From the sequence record SRR2962707_619: a DNA stretch of 44,589 bases. The stretch is one strand, 5' to 3'. This document shows positions 39,475 through 44,589 of this stretch, piece after piece. The translations under genes were made by a program, and so were the position numbers. Numbering within the stretch: position 1 is the stretch's first letter; each line of letters begins with the position of its first letter. Under the pieces are notes generated by a model. That model made no database searches. It was not told the DNA's origin and saw only the letters and a list, made by a program, of their open reading frames with translations.

Positions 39475-39504
39475 GTTTACACACTCCGTAATTCACAGCA
39501 TTTT

Positions 39505-39540
39505 CTTGCCGCGAATCGGTGAAAGCGCTAACCCACAAAT
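39505..39540 (+). promoter_or_regulatory. Candidate sigma70 promoter of parC with an embedded YGAKTCG (GANTC) site
   Basis: CTTGCC-N17-CTAACC, then 7 nt, then ATG. The spacer contains CGAATCG (39512-39518). No Shine-Dalgarno sequence. Confidence 0.55.
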
Positions 39541-41799
39541 ATGTCTAAGAATACACCGCCACCTAGTGATGCGCCGGGCAAAGGAATTGAGCCGGTTGAC
39601 CTGAAGCAAGCGCTTGAAGAGCGTTATCTTGCTTATGCGCTTTCGACCATCATGCACCGCGCCTTGCCCGATGCCCGCGATGGCATGAAGCCGGTACACA
39701 GGCGCATTCTTTTTGCCATGCATCAGCTGAAGCTAGATCCAGGCAGCGCCTATAAAAAGTGTGCGAAAATCGTCGGTGACGTGATGGGTAACTTTCACCC
39801 GCACGGCGACCAAGCTATTTATGATGCGTTGGTGCGCTTAGCGCAGGATTTCTCCGTTCGTTACCCGTTGATCGACGGGCAGGGCAACTTCGGCAATATC
39901 GACGGTGATAATGCGGCGGCCTATCGTTACACCGAAGCGCGCATGACAGAAGTCGGCACTTTATTGCTGGAAGGCATCAAAGAGGATTCCGTTGATTTTC
40001 GCGCGAACTACAATGAAGAAGATCAAGAACCGACGGTTCTGCCTGGGGCATTTCCCAACCTGCTTGCGAACGGTTCTGCTGGTATTGCCGTGGGTATGGC
40101 AACCAATATTCCGCCGCATAATGCCGCAGAACTGTGTGATGCAGCGCTGCATCTAATCAAATTTCCAAATGCTTCAATCGAAAAGCTTGTTGAGCATGTA
40201 GAAGGCCCCGATTTGCCGACAGGCGGCATTATCGTTGAGCCGCGCGAAAACATACTTGAAGCTTATAAAACTGGACGCGGCGGCTTTAGAACACGTGCCC
40301 GCTGGCATAAGGAAGATACGGGCCGTGGCAGTTATGTCATCGTCATTACCGAAATTCCCTATCAGGTTCAAAAATCACGGCTGATCGAAAAGATCGCTGA
40401 ACTATTAATGGCTAAACGCATTCCGCTGCTTGAAGATGTGCGCGATGAAAGCGCGGAAGATGTGCGCGTTGTCTTAGAGCCAAAATCACGCACAGTAGAC
40501 CCTGAAATTTTGATGGAATCTTTGTTTAAGCTGACCGAGCTTGAGCAACGCATTTCGCTGAATATGAATGTGCTTTCTGGCGGCATCACGCCAAAAGTGA
40601 TGAACTTGCGCGAAGTCTTGCAGGAATGGCTGGACCACCGCCGCGATGTTCTCATTCGGCGCTCGAAGAACCGCCTAAGCATTATAGAGCGGCGCTTGGA
40701 AGTCTTGGGCGGCTTTCTCATTGCCTATCTTAATCTTGATGAGATTATCCGCATCGTTCGCTATGAGGATCATCCAAAAGCCGAATTGATCAAGGCGTTT
40801 AACCTCACGGAAAATCAGGCCGACGCGATTTTGAACCTACGCTTGCGTGCCTTGAACAAACTTGAAGAAGTTGAGATTCAGCGCGAATTTGACGAATTGA
40901 CTGAAGAGAAAAACGGCATTGATGCGCTGCTTGCTTCGGATGAATTGCAGTGGAAAACGATTGCTTGGGAAATTGGCAACGTCAAAAAGAAATTCGGCAA
41001 AGACACAGAGCTTGGCAAACGCCGCACGGACTTTGCCGAGGCCAAAGAAATCGACATTGAAGCTGTTCAGCAAGCAATGATCGAAAAAGAGCCGGTGACC
41101 ATCGTTGTGTCCGACAAAGGTTGGATGCGTGCAATGAAGGGCCATGTGGCCGACTTCTCTACGTTCGCCTTTAAAGAAGGCGATAAGCTCAAAACTGCGT
41201 TCCATGCCCAATCAACAGACAAAGTGCTTGTGTTTACGACCGCTGGTAAATTCTACACCATTGGCGCAGATCGATTGCCAGGCGGCCGTGGCCACGGTGA
41301 GCCAGTGCGTCTGATCGTGGATATGGACAATGACAGCGATATTGTGACCGCCTTTGTGCATAAGTCTGGTCGCAAATTGTTCGTTGCGTCCAATATTGGT
41401 AACGGCTTTGTCGTGCCGGAAAATGATGTGATTGCTAATACCCGCAAGGGCAAGCAGGTGGTCAATGTCAAACTACCTGATGAAGCAACCATCTGCCGGA
41501 TGATGGATGATGGCGTAGACTATGTGGCGACCGTGGGTGAAAACCGTAAAATGCTGTTATTCGCGCTTGATCAAGTGCCTGAAATGACACGCGGCAAGGG
41601 TGTGCGCCTGCAAAAATACAAAGATGGCGGCATTAAAGATGTGACCCTGTTTAAGCTGGAAGAGGGCCTAACGTGGCTCGATAGTTCTGGCCGCGCTCAC
41701 AACCGCACAAAAGAAGAGCTGCTTGAGTTCATGGGCGTGCGCGCTGGCGCGGGACGCATTGTGCCTAAGGGTTTTCCGAGAAGCGGTAAATTCTCATAA
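39541..41799 (+). CDS. parC: DNA topoisomerase IV subunit A
   Basis: [30 protein letters not shown] and active-site AAYRYTEAR; 752 aa with no GyrA-box visible. Confidence 0.96.
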   Translation: MSKNTPPPSDAPGKGIEPVDLKQALEERYLAYALSTIMHRALPDARDGMKPVHRRILFAMHQLKLDPGSAYKKCAKIVGDVMGNFHPHGDQAIYDALVRLAQDFSVRYPLIDGQGNFGNIDGDNAAAYRYTEARMTEVGTLLLEGIKEDSVDFRANYNEEDQEPTVLPGAFPNLLANGSAGIAVGMATNIPPHNAAELCDAALHLIKFPNASIEKLVEHVEGPDLPTGGIIVEPRENILEAYKTGRGGFRTRARWHKEDTGRGSYVIVITEIPYQVQKSRLIEKIAELLMAKRIPLLEDVRDESAEDVRVVLEPKSRTVDPEILMESLFKLTELEQRISLNMNVLSGGITPKVMNLREVLQEWLDHRRDVLIRRSKNRLSIIERRLEVLGGFLIAYLNLDEIIRIVRYEDHPKAELIKAFNLTENQADAILNLRLRALNKLEEVEIQREFDELTEEKNGIDALLASDELQWKTIAWEIGNVKKKFGKDTELGKRRTDFAEAKEIDIEAVQQAMIEKEPVTIVVSDKGWMRAMKGHVADFSTFAFKEGDKLKTAFHAQSTDKVLVFTTAGKFYTIGADRLPGGRGHGEPVRLIVDMDNDSDIVTAFVHKSGRKLFVASNIGNGFVVPENDVIANTRKGKQVVNVKLPDEATICRMMDDGVDYVATVGENRKMLLFALDQVPEMTRGKGVRLQKYKDGGIKDVTLFKLEEGLTWLDSSGRAHNRTKEELLEFMGVRAGAGRIVPKGFPRSGKFS

Positions 41800-41817
41800 A
41801 AGTCGATAAAAGTTGAA

Positions 41818-41870
41818 TTAATTTTTAATTAACCAGATCGATTCGCTCTTTATTGGTAATTGATTGTTAA
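41818..41870. promoter_or_regulatory. Putative CtrA boxes flanking a YGAKTCG site upstream of GH25 paralog 2
   Basis: TTAA-tttttaa-TTAAC (41818-41833, + strand), CGATTCG (41839-41845) and TTAA-caatcaa-TTACC (41870-41855, - strand). Confidence 0.62.
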
Positions 41871-41930
41871 GCTCTAACGCTTGGTGCGGATGGTCGCATC
41901 ATTTGACCCTTAGTTTTGCGTTGGTCTGTT

Positions 41931-42962
41931 ATGCGTTTGGCGGTTATTGCCGGTCTAGCACTGGCTACAACATCTTTATCAGCTTGTAAGTCTACTTCGA
42001 CGTCGGAGGTGCTTGACGTGCGCCCGTCGCGGGAGATTGTCAGTTCGATTGAACCGACCAAAAACGTGCCAGAAATTGGCATGGTTCAAAATCCATACCC
42101 GCAACCTTTGGCGCTAGAACCTGATGATGGCAAAGCAGCAGGGTCTTCGTCAGCGCTTGAGGCTTTTGGCACTAAATTGCCGGAAGGCAGGCCGGTTGAG
42201 GTCGCTTCAATCAAGGTTGAAAATCCAGCGCCGACAAAGGCGAACAATAACAAACACGTCAAAGTGTATGGACAGAAGTTTAAAGACGCAAAGCCAGTTA
42301 AGTTTTCGCGCAACGTTCATCCGAGTAATTTCACCGTCCATGGCGTCGATGTATCGCGCTGGCAGGAAAATATAGAGTGGACCAAGTTGCGCGCACATGG
42401 CGCAAACTTTGCGTTCATTAAAGCCACCGATGGCGGCGACCATCTTGATAGTTTGTTCAATGTGAATTGGAATAATACACGTGCTGCCGGTGTGCCGCGC
42501 GGGGCCTATCATTTTATGTATTGGTGCCGCTCAGGCATAGAACAAGCAAAATGGTTCATTCGCAATGTGCCAAAAGAGAAGGGCGCACTGCCGCCTGTTA
42601 TCGATGCCGAGTGGAACCATCAATCCAAGAGTTGCAAGCAAAATCAATCGCCGGCTTTGGTACGCCAACGCATGAAGGAATTCATGGATACGGTTGAACG
42701 CCATTACGGCCAAAAACCAATCATTTACACAGCGCCAGATTTCTATGAAGACAATTTGGAAGGCCATTTCACAGAATATCCAATGTGGCTCAGATCTGTT
42801 GCAGAACATCCAAGTGCGCGGTATCCAGATCGTTCATTCACGTTCTGGCAATATTCTGGCACGGGCCTTTCAGGCGGCGTTGATACGCAAATTGATTTGA
42901 ATGTCTTCAACGGCACAGAAGCCAGCTGGCAAAAATGGCTTAAAAAGGCGCGGCTTAAATAA
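41931..42962 (+). CDS. GH25 muramidase lipoprotein, paralog 2, with a long N-terminal linker
   Basis: MRLAVIAGLALATTSLSAC lipobox; low-complexity linker; HGVDVSRWQ, FAFIKATDG, AYHFMY, IDAEWN, FWQYS and DLNVF. ATG 41931 is preferred over TTG 41916. Confidence 0.92.
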   Translation: MRLAVIAGLALATTSLSACKSTSTSEVLDVRPSREIVSSIEPTKNVPEIGMVQNPYPQPLALEPDDGKAAGSSSALEAFGTKLPEGRPVEVASIKVENPAPTKANNNKHVKVYGQKFKDAKPVKFSRNVHPSNFTVHGVDVSRWQENIEWTKLRAHGANFAFIKATDGGDHLDSLFNVNWNNTRAAGVPRGAYHFMYWCRSGIEQAKWFIRNVPKEKGALPPVIDAEWNHQSKSCKQNQSPALVRQRMKEFMDTVERHYGQKPIIYTAPDFYEDNLEGHFTEYPMWLRSVAEHPSARYPDRSFTFWQYSGTGLSGGVDTQIDLNVFNGTEASWQKWLKKARLK

Positions 42963-43718
42963 TTAAGCCTCGTCTTTGTAACGCTCCCAGCCACCGCCTG
43001 ACAGATGTTCCTGCGGTTTGTAGCGTGTTTTATACTGCATCTTGCTAGACCCATTGACCCAATAACCCAGATAAAGGTGGGGCAAGCCTGCTTGGCGCGT
43101 GCGCTCAATATGATCGAGGATCATCCATGTGCCCAACGAGCGCATATTTTCGTCGGGATTAAAAAACGAATAGACCATGGAATAACCATCGGCCATCCGG
43201 TCTGAAAGTGCCGCAGCGATAAGCGGACCATCACCCGCGCCCGTCATAAAGCTATCGGTGCCACGCTGTCGATATTCAATGACTTTGGTATCAACATGGC
43301 TGTCTTCGACCATCATTGCAAAATCAAGCACAGTCATATCCGCCATGCCGCCATCATGATGGCGCGCATCCAAATATTGGCGGAAGATAGAATATTGCTC
43401 TGAACTTGGTTCTGCTGGTCCTTCAACGCCAATAAGATCATTATTGAGCTTGAGGATGCGGCGCATGCTTTTCGTCGGCTCGAACTCATCGACCAATATA
43501 CGAACAGAAACACACGCACGGCATGTTTCGCATGCAGGTCGGTAAGCAATGTTTTGGCTGCGTCGAAATCCGCCTTGCGTCAGCAGGTCGTTCATCTCAG
43601 GCGCTTTATCACCAACAAGATGCGTGAAAACTTTTCGCTCCTTCTGACCATCCAAATAGGGGCAGGGGGAGGGCTGCGTTAAAAAGAACTGCGGTGTTTT
43701 GGTACTATGATGAGTCAT
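42963..43718 (-). CDS. bpt: ATE1-like aminoacyl-transferase (annotated arginyltransferase; Bpt-type Asp/Glu leucyltransferase)
   Basis: PCPYL...ERKVF, GFRRSQ..AYRP.C..C.AC, RH..GGM, S.VYSFF.P...SLG and YLGYWV....M.YK..Y.P.E. Confidence 0.9.
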   Translation of the reverse strand: MTHHSTKTPQFFLTQPSPCPYLDGQKERKVFTHLVGDKAPEMNDLLTQGGFRRSQNIAYRPACETCRACVSVRILVDEFEPTKSMRRILKLNNDLIGVEGPAEPSSEQYSIFRQYLDARHHDGGMADMTVLDFAMMVEDSHVDTKVIEYRQRGTDSFMTGAGDGPLIAAALSDRMADGYSMVYSFFNPDENMRSLGTWMILDHIERTRQAGLPHLYLGYWVNGSSKMQYKTRYKPQEHLSGGGWERYKDEA

Positions 43719-43798
43719 TTTGATCCGCGTCTGATCTGTCGCCGTGAGTTTGGCGAGAATTTATCAAACGTCAAGCTGACTTTTCGTAGATGTTTCAA

Positions 43799-44278
43799 TT
43801 AGGCATCAGAGCGGACGAACACCACACCCAATGCCATATCGTGCAATGTGCGCTTATGATGGGTAAATAGCGGCGCGAGCAATAGCGGCGCGAAAACAAC
43901 TGAAGTCGCCCAAAATAGCACCGCGTGAACCATCGCCGTCATCCAATCGATGGGTTGACCGTCATAACGGGCAATCTTGATATTCATCATTTGCATGCCC
44001 CAAGTGGCTTGGCGGGGTCCGCCCATTGTCCATCCGACATATAAAAGCGCAACCAGCGGCACGAGAATACCGTATAGCAACCAACCCGCACCGAATGTGG
44101 CAAAGCCAAGCAGCGCAATGATCGGTATGGCGACAACGTACAAAACGACGACCATGCCATAGTCGATCAAAAACGCGCCAATACGGCGGGTTCGTGTTCC
44201 CGCTGTATAGCGCCAATCATCAAAGCGGCGTGCGTCTGCAGACATGTCATCTCCGTGAATATTGGTGTCGGTATTCAT
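43799..44278 (-). CDS. RDD-family membrane protein
   Basis: RRIGAFLID, QATWGM and RTLHD; 3-4 TM segments; AGGAG upstream. Confidence 0.9.
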   Translation of the reverse strand: MNTDTNIHGDDMSADARRFDDWRYTAGTRTRRIGAFLIDYGMVVVLYVVAIPIIALLGFATFGAGWLLYGILVPLVALLYVGWTMGGPRQATWGMQMMNIKIARYDGQPIDWMTAMVHAVLFWATSVVFAPLLLAPLFTHHKRTLHDMALGVVFVRSDA

Positions 44279-44330
44279 TTAAATCTCCTAGACCAAAACA
44301 TGGGCATTGGCACGAGAGATTTCAAGAACG

Positions 44331-44589
<259 letters not shown>

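Noticed and set aside
28813..42962. GH25 lysozymes and the amidase as phage lysis genes
   Set aside because: Both GH25 proteins have lipoprotein signals and sit among housekeeping genes, with no holin, spanin or phage context.

Overview
Gene-dense core-chromosome segment of an alphaproteobacterium. Gene content, gene order and a GC content of roughly 50% (estimated by eye) suggest a Hyphomicrobiales/Rhizobiales member, perhaps a marine Ahrensia-like organism; this is inference. Left to right it carries: partial ndk, a hemolysin-III/PAQR protein, moaE-moaD-pgsA, a tiny YHYH-type secreted peptide, uvrC, an SDR, a Ca2+/Na+ antiporter, a GST, an RNase T2 lipoprotein, rlmJ, purN-purM, a CDP-alcohol phosphatidyltransferase, an AI-2E permease, hdaA, ppk1-ppx, rnd, aspS, a secreted hypothetical, an RluA-family enzyme, an esterase-SDR-MOSC trio, DUF2293, sahR-like regulator-metF, azoR, an MltB-like transglycosylase, a GH25 muramidase, a serine hydrolase, a repeat-rich lipoprotein, a DMT transporter, a DjlA-like protein, an AmiD-like amidase, a CrbR/CrbS-like two-component pair, mscL, parC, a second GH25 muramidase, a Bpt/ATE-type aminoacyl-transferase, an RDD protein and partial hemB. 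I found no rRNA, tRNA, CRISPR array, transposase, integrase or prophage, and I cannot claim a wholly new system. The best leads are regulatory and organisational: (1) a CtrA-box / YGAKTCG / CtrA-box module before a GH25 lipoprotein; (2) a YGAKTCG-containing, apparently leaderless parC promoter; (3) a four-unit Pho-box array before ppk1; (4) a SahR-like operator; (5) an overlapping purM-purN-rlmJ-RNase T2 chain; (6) a free-standing 47-aa YHYH micro-protein between uvrC and pgsA; (7) an 11-mer/6-mer repeat lipoprotein inside a loose peptidoglycan/envelope cluster.
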